Assembly (NCBI GenBank): GCA_033850885.1
Contig: JAWWPG010000010.1
Coordinates: forward strand, 58,093-122,092
DNA: 64,000 nucleotides
Direction of reading: 5' to 3'
DNA from: Nocardioidaceae bacterium
Lineage (GTDB): Bacteria; Actinomycetota; Actinomycetes; Propionibacteriales; Nocardioidaceae
Shown here: one piece after another, positions 40,421 through 48,627 of the stretch
Numbering within the stretch: the first letter of the stretch is position 1
Layout: each line of letters begins with the position of its first letter
Translations under genes and position numbers: made by a program
The notes under the pieces: generated by a model
Database searches by the model: none
The model's input: only the letters and a program-made list of their open reading frames with translations
Told to the model about the DNA's origin: nothing

Positions 40421-40505
40421 GCGTTTGCCTGGCTTGCCAGGCAAACACGCCGTTTGCCACCCAGGCCTGCCTGGCAAACGGATCCGCCTGGCTTGCCAGG
40501 CAAAC
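40421..40505. repeat. Compact copy of the stacked-palindrome element (inverted relative to 18737-18921)
   Basis: Perfect 11-bp-arm palindrome GTTTGCCTGGC-TT-GCCAGGCAAAC (40423-40446), a 30-nt hairpin (40451-40480) and GCCTGGC-TT-GCCAGGC (40486-40501). Positions 40453-40472 are the exact reverse complement of 18869-18888. Confidence 0.75.
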
Positions 40506-40557
40506 CCCCGAACGGGCGACACCCTGGCGCCCCGACGACGGCACCACCCAAACGGCC

Positions 40558-41547
40558 CTACCGGGTCAGGGCAGCGCGCGTCTTGAGTGGCTCCCACCAC
40601 TCCCGGTTGCCGGCGTACCACGCCACGGTGTCCGCCAGCCCGTCAGCGAAGTCGACGGCCGGTGCGTAGCCGAGCTCCTCGCCGATCTTGGTGATGTCCA
40701 GCGAGTAACGCAGGTCATGGCCGAGCCGATCCTCGACCAGGACCACGCTGTCCCAGGTGGCACCGCAGGCCTGGAGAAGCCTCTCGGTCAGCTCGCGGTT
40801 GGTGAGCTCGGTGCCACCGCCGATGTTGTAGACCTCCCCGGGACGTCCCTTCTCCAGCACCAGGTGGATTGCGCGGCAATGGTCGTCGACGTGCAACCAG
40901 TCACGGATATTGGCGCCTTCGCCGTACAGCGGAACCTTGGCACCGTCGATCAGATTCGTGACGAACAACGGGATGACCTTCTCGGGAAACTGGTACGGCC
41001 CGTAGTTGTTCGAGCAACGCGTGATGCACACGGGTAACCCGTGGGTGCGGAAGTAGGACCGGGCGATCAGGTCGCTGCCGGCCTTCGACGCGGAGTACGG
41101 CGAGTTCGGCTCGAGGGGCTGGCTCTCGTCCCAACTGCCGCTCGCGATGGAGCCGTACACCTCGTCCGTCGACACGTGCACGAACTTGTCGATGCCATGC
41201 CTCAGCACGGAGTCCAGCAGCGTCTGGGTGCCGACGACGTTCGTCATGACGAAGTCGGCGGCGCCGAGGATCGACCTGTCGACGTGGCTCTCGGCGGCGA
41301 AGTGCACGACCACGTCGGCCTCGCCGCTCAGGCTGTCGACGAGAGATCGGTCCAGGATGTCGCCCTCGACGAACCGAAGCCTGTCATCGTCTCGCACCGG
41401 CGCCAGGTTGGCGATATTCCCCGCATACGTGAGCTTGTCGAGCACGGTGATGCGGTCGGGTACAGACATCCCCCACGCGTCGCCGAGCACCCGGCGGACA
41501 TAGTGGCTCCCGATGAAGCCGGCTCCTCCGGTGACGAGGATCCTCAT
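40558..41547 (-). CDS. rmlB: dTDP-glucose 4,6-dehydratase
   Basis: MRILVTGGAGFIGSHY, catalytic YSASKA and the extended SDR pattern. ATGA overlap with the upstream methyltransferase. Confidence 0.95.
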   Translation of the reverse strand: MRILVTGGAGFIGSHYVRRVLGDAWGMSVPDRITVLDKLTYAGNIANLAPVRDDDRLRFVEGDILDRSLVDSLSGEADVVVHFAAESHVDRSILGAADFVMTNVVGTQTLLDSVLRHGIDKFVHVSTDEVYGSIASGSWDESQPLEPNSPYSASKAGSDLIARSYFRTHGLPVCITRCSNNYGPYQFPEKVIPLFVTNLIDGAKVPLYGEGANIRDWLHVDDHCRAIHLVLEKGRPGEVYNIGGGTELTNRELTERLLQACGATWDSVVLVEDRLGHDLRYSLDITKIGEELGYAPAVDFADGLADTVAWYAGNREWWEPLKTRAALTR

Positions 41548-42320
41548 GCGTCGCTCTCTCCTTCCTCAGGTACGTCCGATGTATGACGGCCTCGGCGACC
41601 GTCTTTGACCGCCGCAACCAGCACGGAGGACCCGAAGGGCATGTCACGGGTGCGCAGCAGCCTCTGCTCGGCTCGAGTCAGCGCCATGAACAGCCGGTCC
41701 ATGGCCGGAGATACCTGCGGCAGCCGGCTGGCCTCCGGCCCGGGCCCGCGCCGCAGCCGCCGTACCACGCGCTCGGCGGCGAAGAACGGGAACACCGCGC
41801 CGAACGCGTACGTGACCCGGAGCACGGTCAGGTCGGTCTGCCGAACTGCCGCGAGCAAGCGCCGCTTCGTGTAGCGCCGGTAGTGCCCGGCTCGTACGTC
41901 GTGGTCGGACCACGCCCACTGGTAGGCCGGCACCGACATCAGCAGCCGCCCGCCGGGAGCCAACACCCGGGCGAGCTCCCGGATGGCCACGGACTCGGGG
42001 TCGCAGTGCTCCAACACGTCGAAAGCCGCTACTACGTCGAAAGCCCCGTCCGGGAACGGCAGCGCGAGCGCAGAGGCGCAGGTGCCGCGCCCGGGCCTCA
42101 ACCCACGTGGGTCGACGTCGATCGTGAACCGGTCGTGCGCGCCCTGCATCCACCCCACGCTCGGCCCGTCGGCGCTGCCCACGTCGAGCACCCGAGATGG
42201 ATCGCCGAGAAAGCCCCCCAGGGCGGTCCCGAGGAGTCCGGCCCGGGCGCGGTACCACCAGTAGTCCGGCTGCTCGAGCGATGACGACCCGGACTGCGTC
42301 GGAGAGGCCACGTCTGTCAC
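41544..42320 (-). CDS. Class I SAM-dependent methyltransferase
   Basis: Motif I VLDVGSADG. Post-I/II region (FDVVAAFDVLEHC, LAPGGRLLMSVP). N-terminal YWWYRAR motif. Confidence 0.8.
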   Translation of the reverse strand: MTDVASPTQSGSSSLEQPDYWWYRARAGLLGTALGGFLGDPSRVLDVGSADGPSVGWMQGAHDRFTIDVDPRGLRPGRGTCASALALPFPDGAFDVVAAFDVLEHCDPESVAIRELARVLAPGGRLLMSVPAYQWAWSDHDVRAGHYRRYTKRRLLAAVRQTDLTVLRVTYAFGAVFPFFAAERVVRRLRRGPGPEASRLPQVSPAMDRLFMALTRAEQRLLRTRDMPFGSSVLVAAVKDGRRGRHTSDVPEEGESDA

Positions 42321-42332
42321 TGTAGGCGTCGT

Positions 42333-43484
42333 TCAGGCGGCCGCGGCGAGCGCGCGCAGGAACGACTCCACGACCCGCTCGGAGTCCGCGTCCGTAAGGT
42401 TGTTGTAGAAGGGCAGCCTGATCAGCCGGCCACTGACGTCGTCCGTCACCGGGCACTCGGTCTCGACGGCGGAGAACCGGCGGCCCGCGTCGGAGCTGTG
42501 CAGCGGGACGTAGTGGAACGTCGCCTGGATCCCATCGCCTCGCATCTTGGCGAGCACGGAGTCCCGGGTCGGACGGTCCTTCAGCAGCAGGTAGAACATG
42601 TGGTACGCGATTCGGCAGCTGTCGGGAACCACGGGCAGCCGCAGCTCGAGCTCGTCGGCGAGCGGAGCCAGCGCTCGCTCGTAGCGCTCGTAGACGTCAC
42701 GCCGCTTGGCCTGGATGGCCTCCGACTTCTCCAGCTGGGCGCACAGATACGCCGCGAGGATATCGGAGAGACCGAAGGACGAGCCGGTGTCCTTCCAGGA
42801 GTACTTGTCCACCTGGCCGAGGAAGAAGGCTCGCCGGTTCGTGCCCTTGTCGTAGAGCACCCGAGCCCGGTCGACGTCGCGGGCGTCGTTGAGGACGAGC
42901 GCCCCGCCCTCACCACAATTGATGTTCTTGGTCTCGTGGAAGCTCAGCGTCGAGAACCTGCCGAGACTGCCGAGCGGCTGGTCGTGCCAGCTGGCGAACA
43001 ACCCGTGGGCGTTGTCCTCGATGACGGCGACGTCGGGCCGTCCGGCGAGCGCCTTGCGGATGCCGTCGACGTCGCACGCGACCCCGGCGTAGTGGACGGG
43101 GACGACCGCCCGGACGGTGTCGTCGAGCAACGTCGCCAGATGTCGTGCGTCGAGACCGAGGGTCTCCGGCTCGATGTCACAGAAGAGCAGCTTCGCGCCC
43201 TGCCGGGCGAAGGCCAACGCGGTCGTCGTGAACGTGAACGACGGGACGATCACCGAGTCGCCTGGCCGCAGGTCGAGCATCAAGGACGTCAGCTCGAGGG
43301 CCGACGTGCACGACGTGGTGAGCAGGACCTCCTCGGCGCCGCTCCACTCGAGCAGCATCTCGATCGAGCGCTTCGAGAACGGTCCCGATGTCGACATGTG
43401 CCCGCTGTCGACCGCCTGCCTGATGTACTCGAGCTCCGCGCCTTCGACGCAGGCCCGGTTGAATGGAATGTCTGAAGAGGGCAT
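42333..43484 (-). CDS. DegT/DnrJ/EryC1/StrS-family aminotransferase (WecE-like dTDP-4-keto-6-deoxyhexose 4-aminotransferase)
   Basis: 383 aa. TSCTSALE, IVPSFTFTTTA and SFHETKN (PLP Lys) motifs. Confidence 0.88.
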   Translation of the reverse strand: MPSSDIPFNRACVEGAELEYIRQAVDSGHMSTSGPFSKRSIEMLLEWSGAEEVLLTTSCTSALELTSLMLDLRPGDSVIVPSFTFTTTALAFARQGAKLLFCDIEPETLGLDARHLATLLDDTVRAVVPVHYAGVACDVDGIRKALAGRPDVAVIEDNAHGLFASWHDQPLGSLGRFSTLSFHETKNINCGEGGALVLNDARDVDRARVLYDKGTNRRAFFLGQVDKYSWKDTGSSFGLSDILAAYLCAQLEKSEAIQAKRRDVYERYERALAPLADELELRLPVVPDSCRIAYHMFYLLLKDRPTRDSVLAKMRGDGIQATFHYVPLHSSDAGRRFSAVETECPVTDDVSGRLIRLPFYNNLTDADSERVVESFLRALAAAA

Positions 43485-43507
43485 CTGGATACCGTATCTC
43501 GTGGACG

Positions 43508-44254
43508 TCAGTCGACTCGCCAGGGCAGCGGTCTGCCGAGGCGCGCACTCAGCCGGACGTCGCTCTCCCGGAAGTAGTCCCGCAGCCGTCGTGCCAGTCC
43601 GTCGTCCAGCATCGGCGGCGGTCCGTCGCTCCGGTTGACGGGACGTCCTTCGTCTGGAGGGACGAAGCCAGGGTCCACGCCGATGGAGGCATAGAGGTCA
43701 CCGGCCGTCGACGTGCCGGAGATCACATCCTCGAGGAACCGGACGTGCACGGTGTCGGGGAAGCTGGCATACCAGGGCTCCAGGTAGTCGAGGTACCGAC
43801 CGCGCTCGAGGTAGGCGAACGGCGAGACCGACGAGACGCTCGTGTCCCAGGCTCGCGGACCTTGAAGGTTCTCCTCGAGGGCTTGCGCCAGCGACCGCTC
43901 CTCCAGCCCGTGCGAGGTGCTGAACCGCCAGTTCGACACGGCCCGGGCGACCGGGTCCCGAAGCTGTACGACGATGTCAGCTCCGCCGAGCATGGCCGCG
44001 GCACGCGCCGCCGCCTCGGCGTCCTCCAGGTAGCTCGTGCTCTTCTCGCCGAGGACGGACTCCGAGGTCGCGTGGGCGAAGTACGTCGCGTCGTACCAGT
44101 CGAGCCCCTTCGCCACGAGGACGTCGGACATGAAGACCTTCGGCTCGGGACGGGCTGGGCGCGCCATCGTGATATCGGGGTGGGCGTCGAGCACAGCGTT
44201 CAGGTAGGTCGTGCCACACCTCTGCCCGCCGATGACGAGGAGGTGTCGGGTCAA
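43508..44254 (-). CDS. PAPS-dependent sulfotransferase
   Basis: 5'-PSB loop at the N-terminus (VIGGQRCGTTYL) and a 3'-PB motif (LRDPVARAVSNW). The TTG start overlaps the stop of the upstream GT2 (TTGA). Confidence 0.72.
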   Translation of the reverse strand: MTRHLLVIGGQRCGTTYLNAVLDAHPDITMARPARPEPKVFMSDVLVAKGLDWYDATYFAHATSESVLGEKSTSYLEDAEAAARAAAMLGGADIVVQLRDPVARAVSNWRFSTSHGLEERSLAQALEENLQGPRAWDTSVSSVSPFAYLERGRYLDYLEPWYASFPDTVHVRFLEDVISGTSTAGDLYASIGVDPGFVPPDEGRPVNRSDGPPPMLDDGLARRLRDYFRESDVRLSARLGRPLPWRVD

Positions 44255-45276
44255 CGCTTCACCCGCTCGACCACGTGGTAGGTCTGCTCGGCGCTGACGG
44301 CGTTCAGCGTTCGGACGACGTACTCTCCGAGCATCGACAGCAGCGCGATGGTCACCCCGTTGAACACCGCGAGCAGCACGACCAGCGTGGTCCAGCCTGG
44401 AACCGCGGTGTTCGAGGTGAGCCCGTGGATGAGGTAGGCACCGCCGATGAGGAAGCTCAGGATCGAGAACAGGAAGCCGCCCACGGCTGCCAGTCGCAGC
44501 GGGAACAACGTGTAGCTGAAGAGGATCGTGAGCACCAGCCGGACGATGCGGCTCGTGCTGTAGCGGCTCTTGCCTACCTTCGCCGGGTCGTGCCTCACCG
44601 GTACGTTCGAGCGGTTGCTCGAGTACATCAGTGCCTGGCCGGTGATGTAGGGGTACGCCGTCCGGGACGCGCAGATCCGGTCGACGACGTCGCGTCGCAG
44701 GATGCGGAAGTTCGACACGACCAGGTCAGGCGGCTGGCCGAACACCCGCCGGTTGATCCTGCCGATCAGGCTGCTGCCGAGCTTGCGGTAAGCGGCCGAC
44801 TTCTTGGACTCGAAGGCACCGAACACGACGTCGCGGCCCTTCATCGCCTCGTCGATGAGCACCCTGATCTGGTCCGGCGGGTTCTGCAGGTCGTCATCCA
44901 TCGTGATGACGTAGTCGCCTGTCACCTCCCGGAAACCGGCCAGGTTCGCATTGTGCTGACCGTAGTTGCGGAGCAGGTTGACGGCGACAACGTGCGGGTT
45001 CCGCCGTGCTCGCTCCGCGATGACGTCCCAGCTGCCGTCGCTGCTGCCGTCGTTGACAAGGATCAGCTCGTAGGAGAGGCCCTGACCCTCCAGCTCGGAC
45101 ACGATCCGGTCGACCGTGTCGCCTACCTGCCCTGCGCTGTTGAACACGGGGACCACGATTGAGTAGGTGAACGAGTGCGGATCGAGCAGCGGCTCGTCCG
45201 GCGAGTGGTATGCGGTCAGGGGCGCCAGCGGGGTCAGCGGGGCATGATCCGGCTGCGTCGAGCTGATGTCGTTCAT
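44251..45276 (-). CDS. GT2 polyprenyl-phosphate glycosyltransferase (ArnC/GtrB/DPM1-like)
   Basis: Internal ATG at 45276. GT-A core (SIVVPVFN, LILVNDGSSD, MDDDLQNPP) plus two C-terminal TM helices (LAAVGGFLFSILSFLIGGAYL, TTLVVLLAVFNGVTIALLSML). Confidence 0.85.
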   Translation of the reverse strand: MNDISSTQPDHAPLTPLAPLTAYHSPDEPLLDPHSFTYSIVVPVFNSAGQVGDTVDRIVSELEGQGLSYELILVNDGSSDGSWDVIAERARRNPHVVAVNLLRNYGQHNANLAGFREVTGDYVITMDDDLQNPPDQIRVLIDEAMKGRDVVFGAFESKKSAAYRKLGSSLIGRINRRVFGQPPDLVVSNFRILRRDVVDRICASRTAYPYITGQALMYSSNRSNVPVRHDPAKVGKSRYSTSRIVRLVLTILFSYTLFPLRLAAVGGFLFSILSFLIGGAYLIHGLTSNTAVPGWTTLVVLLAVFNGVTIALLSMLGEYVVRTLNAVSAEQTYHVVERVKR

Positions 45277-45379
45277 CTCCGTCCTACGGCTGCGGCGGGC
45301 TGTCCCACAACGACTGTATCCGACCGCTCCGGCGCGCGGCGCCTTCACTTGGCCCGTGGCGACTAGTGTGAGTGGGGCC

Positions 45380-46615
45380 ATGCGCGCAAGGGTTAACGAC
45401 ACCAAGGCTCTGGCCGCAGGCTCGGCGCTCAGCGGACTGCTGGCCTATGCGTTCTTCGTCATCGCCACCCGCGCTCTCGGGGCGACAGCGGCTGCTCCGG
45501 TCTCCGTGCTCTGGACCTACTGGAGCTTCGCGGCGGCAGCTCTCACCTTTCCCGTCCAGCACTGGATCGCCCGCTCGGTCGCCGCCCTCAAGGGAGGTGA
45601 GGGCGCCATCCACGATGCCTTGCCCCGCGTCGCGTTCGCCGTCACGGTCGCCGCCCTGGTGTCCGGCCTGCTCGCCTGGCTGGGCCGGGACGCGCTCTTT
45701 CACCGCACCGACCCGTGGTTTCCCCTGCTGGTGGTCTGTGTGACGCTCGGCTCCGGTTTCGTCGGCGTGGTCCGCGGCGGGTTGTCAGCCCGGCACCGGT
45801 TCGTCAGCGTTGCCTGGGCGCTGGTGGCGGAGAACGCACTGCGGTGCTTGGCGGCGCTCGTCCTGGTGGCCATCGGGGCGCACGCCTCCTTGAGCTTCGG
45901 GATCTGCCTGGCCATGGGTTCGCTCGTGGGGTTCTGCTGGCCGTCCTCGTTCCGGTTCTCCTCCGAAGGGGGACCTGCCGGCAGCGAGTCCCCCCTCGCG
46001 TTTCTCGGGGGAGCGGCCGGCGGTCAGCTGGTTGGTCAGGCGATCCTCACGGGTGGGCCAGTGCTGCTTGCGTTGAGCGGCGGCTCGCCGGCCCAGGTGA
46101 CCGCGTTGTTCGCGGCGTTGGCGCTCTTCCGGGCGCCGTACACACTGGCCCTCGGTCTCGTGTCCCAGCTCACCGGCAGGTTGACGACACTCGTGGTCGA
46201 GCGGGCGCACGGCGAGCTGCGCCGAGTGAGGCTCGCGATTCTCGGGTCCACCGCCGGGCTGGTCGTCGTGGCGGGGGCGCTCGGCGCGCTGACCGGACCG
46301 CTTCTCCTGCCGCGAATCTTCGGCGAGCACGTGCGTATCGACTGGCTCCCCTCGACGCTCGTCGCCGTGGGGAGCGCCCTTGCGTTGGCGAACCTGGTGA
46401 CGACGATCTCGATCCTGGCCCAGAGCAGAAGCCACGCCATCGCCCGCGCCTGGATCCTGGCACTGATCGGCGCAGCGGTGGCCTTCGTGGTGGTCCCGGC
46501 GTCCCCGTTGGTGCGGACGTGCTGGGTCTTCAGCGCCGCCGAGGCCGTGGCGTTCGCCGCGCTCGTGCTCGAAGAGATACGCGGCTCGTCGAAGCTGGCG
46601 ATGTCCCATTCCTGA
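45380..46615 (+). CDS. Polysaccharide-unit flippase-like membrane protein (MOP/Wzx-type)
   Basis: 411 aa from the internal ATG, with about 12 TM helices. Divergent from the GT2 operon across a 103-nt intergenic region. Assignment rests on topology and context only. Confidence 0.55.
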   Translation: MRARVNDTKALAAGSALSGLLAYAFFVIATRALGATAAAPVSVLWTYWSFAAAALTFPVQHWIARSVAALKGGEGAIHDALPRVAFAVTVAALVSGLLAWLGRDALFHRTDPWFPLLVVCVTLGSGFVGVVRGGLSARHRFVSVAWALVAENALRCLAALVLVAIGAHASLSFGICLAMGSLVGFCWPSSFRFSSEGGPAGSESPLAFLGGAAGGQLVGQAILTGGPVLLALSGGSPAQVTALFAALALFRAPYTLALGLVSQLTGRLTTLVVERAHGELRRVRLAILGSTAGLVVVAGALGALTGPLLLPRIFGEHVRIDWLPSTLVAVGSALALANLVTTISILAQSRSHAIARAWILALIGAAVAFVVVPASPLVRTCWVFSAAEAVAFAALVLEEIRGSSKLAMSHS

Positions 46616-46651
46616 CCCGGGTGGCTCCCGCCCGGGTGAACCTACGCCGCG

Positions 46652-47179
46652 GTGCGGGAGAGTGGGGAGATGGAACGCCACGACCCAGACCCAATCGCCG
46701 ACGAGCGAACCACCCTCGAGCAGTTCCTGGACTACCAACGCGCGACGTTGCTGCTCAAGACAGACGGCGTGGGAACGGACGGGATGACCCTTCAGCTGCC
46801 GACATCGGAGCTCACGCTGTCCGGGCTGCTCAAGCATCTTGCCCTCGTCGAGGACGACTGGATCCAGGTCCGGTTCCTCGGGTTGCCTGCCCTCGAGCCG
46901 TGGGCCAGCGCGCCGTGGGACGACGACCGGGATTGGGAGTTCCACACGGCGCAGCACGACGACCCGGACGAGCTGCGGGCCTTGTACGCAGCGGCTTGTG
47001 AGCGCAGCAGACGAGGTGTCGCGGAGTCCGACCTGAGCTCGCTGTCTATGGGCGTCGACCGGGAGGGACGACACTGGAGCCTGCGCTGGATCCTGACCCA
47101 TCTTGTCGAGGAGACGTCTCGGCACAACGGCCATGCGGATCTGCTGCGTGAGGCCGTTGACGGCCACGTGGGAGAGTAG
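46652..47179 (+). CDS. DinB/DUF664-family (mycothiol-transferase-like) protein
   Basis: Four-helix DinB pattern. C-terminal WILTHLVEETSRHNGHADLLRE is typical of DUF664. Confidence 0.75.
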   Translation: MRESGEMERHDPDPIADERTTLEQFLDYQRATLLLKTDGVGTDGMTLQLPTSELTLSGLLKHLALVEDDWIQVRFLGLPALEPWASAPWDDDRDWEFHTAQHDDPDELRALYAAACERSRRGVAESDLSSLSMGVDREGRHWSLRWILTHLVEETSRHNGHADLLREAVDGHVGE

Positions 47180-47184
47180 GTGTC

Positions 47185-47583
47185 ATGACGCCGTACGTCG
47201 CCGACCCCCGCGTCGACGCGTACATCGACGCACTTCCGGAGTGGCAGAAACGCATCTGTCGGCGGGTCCGCGACCTGGTGCACGCCGCCGACCCCGACGT
47301 GATGGAGACGATCAAGCGGACGGTGCAGCCGTATTTCGTGCTCGAGGGCAACATCTGCGCCCTGCTCGCGGCGAAGGACCATGTGAACGTATTCGTGTAC
47401 GACGGAGCGATGGTGCCCGATCCTGAGGGCATCATCACCGCAGGTCAGGACAACCAGACCGCCCGCACGGTGGGCGTGCGAGAGGGCGAGGCGCTCAACG
47501 AGCCCGCGTTGTCCGAGATGTTCCGGCAGATCATCGCCAACAACCGGGCCGGCGGATGGCGCAAGCTCAAGCGCCAGGGCTGA
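47185..47583 (+). CDS. DUF1801 (YdhG-like) protein
   Basis: 132 aa. VDAYIDALPEWQKRICRRVRDLV.. pattern. Confidence 0.7.
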   Translation: MTPYVADPRVDAYIDALPEWQKRICRRVRDLVHAADPDVMETIKRTVQPYFVLEGNICALLAAKDHVNVFVYDGAMVPDPEGIITAGQDNQTARTVGVREGEALNEPALSEMFRQIIANNRAGGWRKLKRQG

Positions 47584-47717
47584 CCAGAATCGCGGACCGA
47601 TCGCCGCATTCGCCATACAGCGCAGTGAGGGTGGGCGCATGATGTAGCCCAAGAAGCCTCGCTAGGTCAGAGAACACCTGTCGAGCACTAGGAGTCCACC
47701 TGGCGAGAGGCAACCCC

Positions 47718-48038
47718 GTGCGGAAAACTTCGCTCCGACTCGTCCGATCGAACGACGACCCGGTCAAGTGTCCGCCGTGGTGTGTCGAGCATTGGCGCAG
47801 TCACCCGCAGGCGGGGAACCCGCGTAACACGTTCACCCACGTGTCGGACAAGTTCCTGGTCACCGACGTCGACGGCGGCCAGCTCTGCGCCGAGCTTTGC
47901 CAGATCCTCGACTCCGAAGGCACCAACGGCCTGCCTCCCCTGCTGTTCGTCGGCGACGACCATCCGGTCAAGTTATCCGACGCTCGAGCCCTGGCGGAGA
48001 AGATGCTCGAGCTGGTGGCGCAGGCCGAAAGGAACTAA
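47718..48038 (+). CDS. Hypothetical protein with CPPWCVEHW motif
   Basis: 106 aa with a GTG start, in a region of visibly lower GC. The CPxWC..H motif recalls small proteins of actinobacterial phages and integrative elements (from memory only). Confidence 0.4.
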   Translation: MRKTSLRLVRSNDDPVKCPPWCVEHWRSHPQAGNPRNTFTHVSDKFLVTDVDGGQLCAELCQILDSEGTNGLPPLLFVGDDHPVKLSDARALAEKMLELVAQAERN

Positions 48039-48431
48039 CCAGGTTGCCGCCGTCGAGGCAGCCCTGTTCCCGGACGGGTGGCAATTCCCACCCGGGCTTC
48101 GGTGCATCCGTGCAGGCGGTGCGAAGGGCCATGATCCCTCGCCCACCTTCGCCTCCCACCGATGGCGGAGGGGTGCCAAGGTCGGGGTGAGACGTTGACA
48201 CGGGTGACCGACAAGACAAACGGTAGTTTGTTGCCCGTCTTGCTGCATGAGGCTAACGTCCCACAATTCGGGACCTTTGGCACGTTTTGGAGGTATAGCG
48301 CAGGGCACCCGGCCACCAGGGGGGAACTGGGGGGAACCGGATGCCCCGCGGCGCCATCATCGTGGCAAACGGCTGGTCGCGAGGGGGAACGGCAAAACTG
48401 GTCCGGCTCCCCAACGGTGAGAGCGGTCAAG

Positions 48432-48469
48432 GGCCAAGGGCGCTCGGTTCCCCCCCGGCGCCCTTGGCC
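48432..48469. other. Strong isolated hairpin in a 590-nt non-coding gap
   Basis: 12-bp perfect stem GGCCAAGGGCGC / GCGCCCTTGGCC with a 14-nt C-rich loop. Confidence 0.6.
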
Positions 48470-48627
48470 TGCTATAAGCCTGCTTCGCCAGGTGATATTG
48501 GTGCATCCCCCATACAGTCGATGATTGCGGCCAAACGGTCAGCCCCTCGTTCCGCTCGGCCTCCCTCGCACGGCCCCGGACCACGAACCGAGCCCTCCGG
48601 TACAGGTCGCCGACTGCGGAAATGGAG

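Noticed and set aside
40336-41037. 233-aa plus-strand ORF starting in the palindromic repeat and running antisense into rmlB
   Set aside because: It begins inside the repeat element and is antisense to a canonical dTDP-glucose 4,6-dehydratase. It has no motifs.
45785-47167. 460-aa minus-strand ORF and 428-aa plus-strand ORF (45715..47001) over the flippase and DinB genes
   Set aside because: They have shadow-frame composition and cross the flippase/DinB intergenic gap. The accepted frames give a 12-TM protein and a DinB/DUF664 signature.
47584-48627. Intact prophage or integrative element at tRNA-Phe
   Set aside because: There is no integrase, excisionase, replication or structural gene. 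No recognisable att direct repeat was seen by eye. At most it is a decayed remnant, reported as a low-interest finding.
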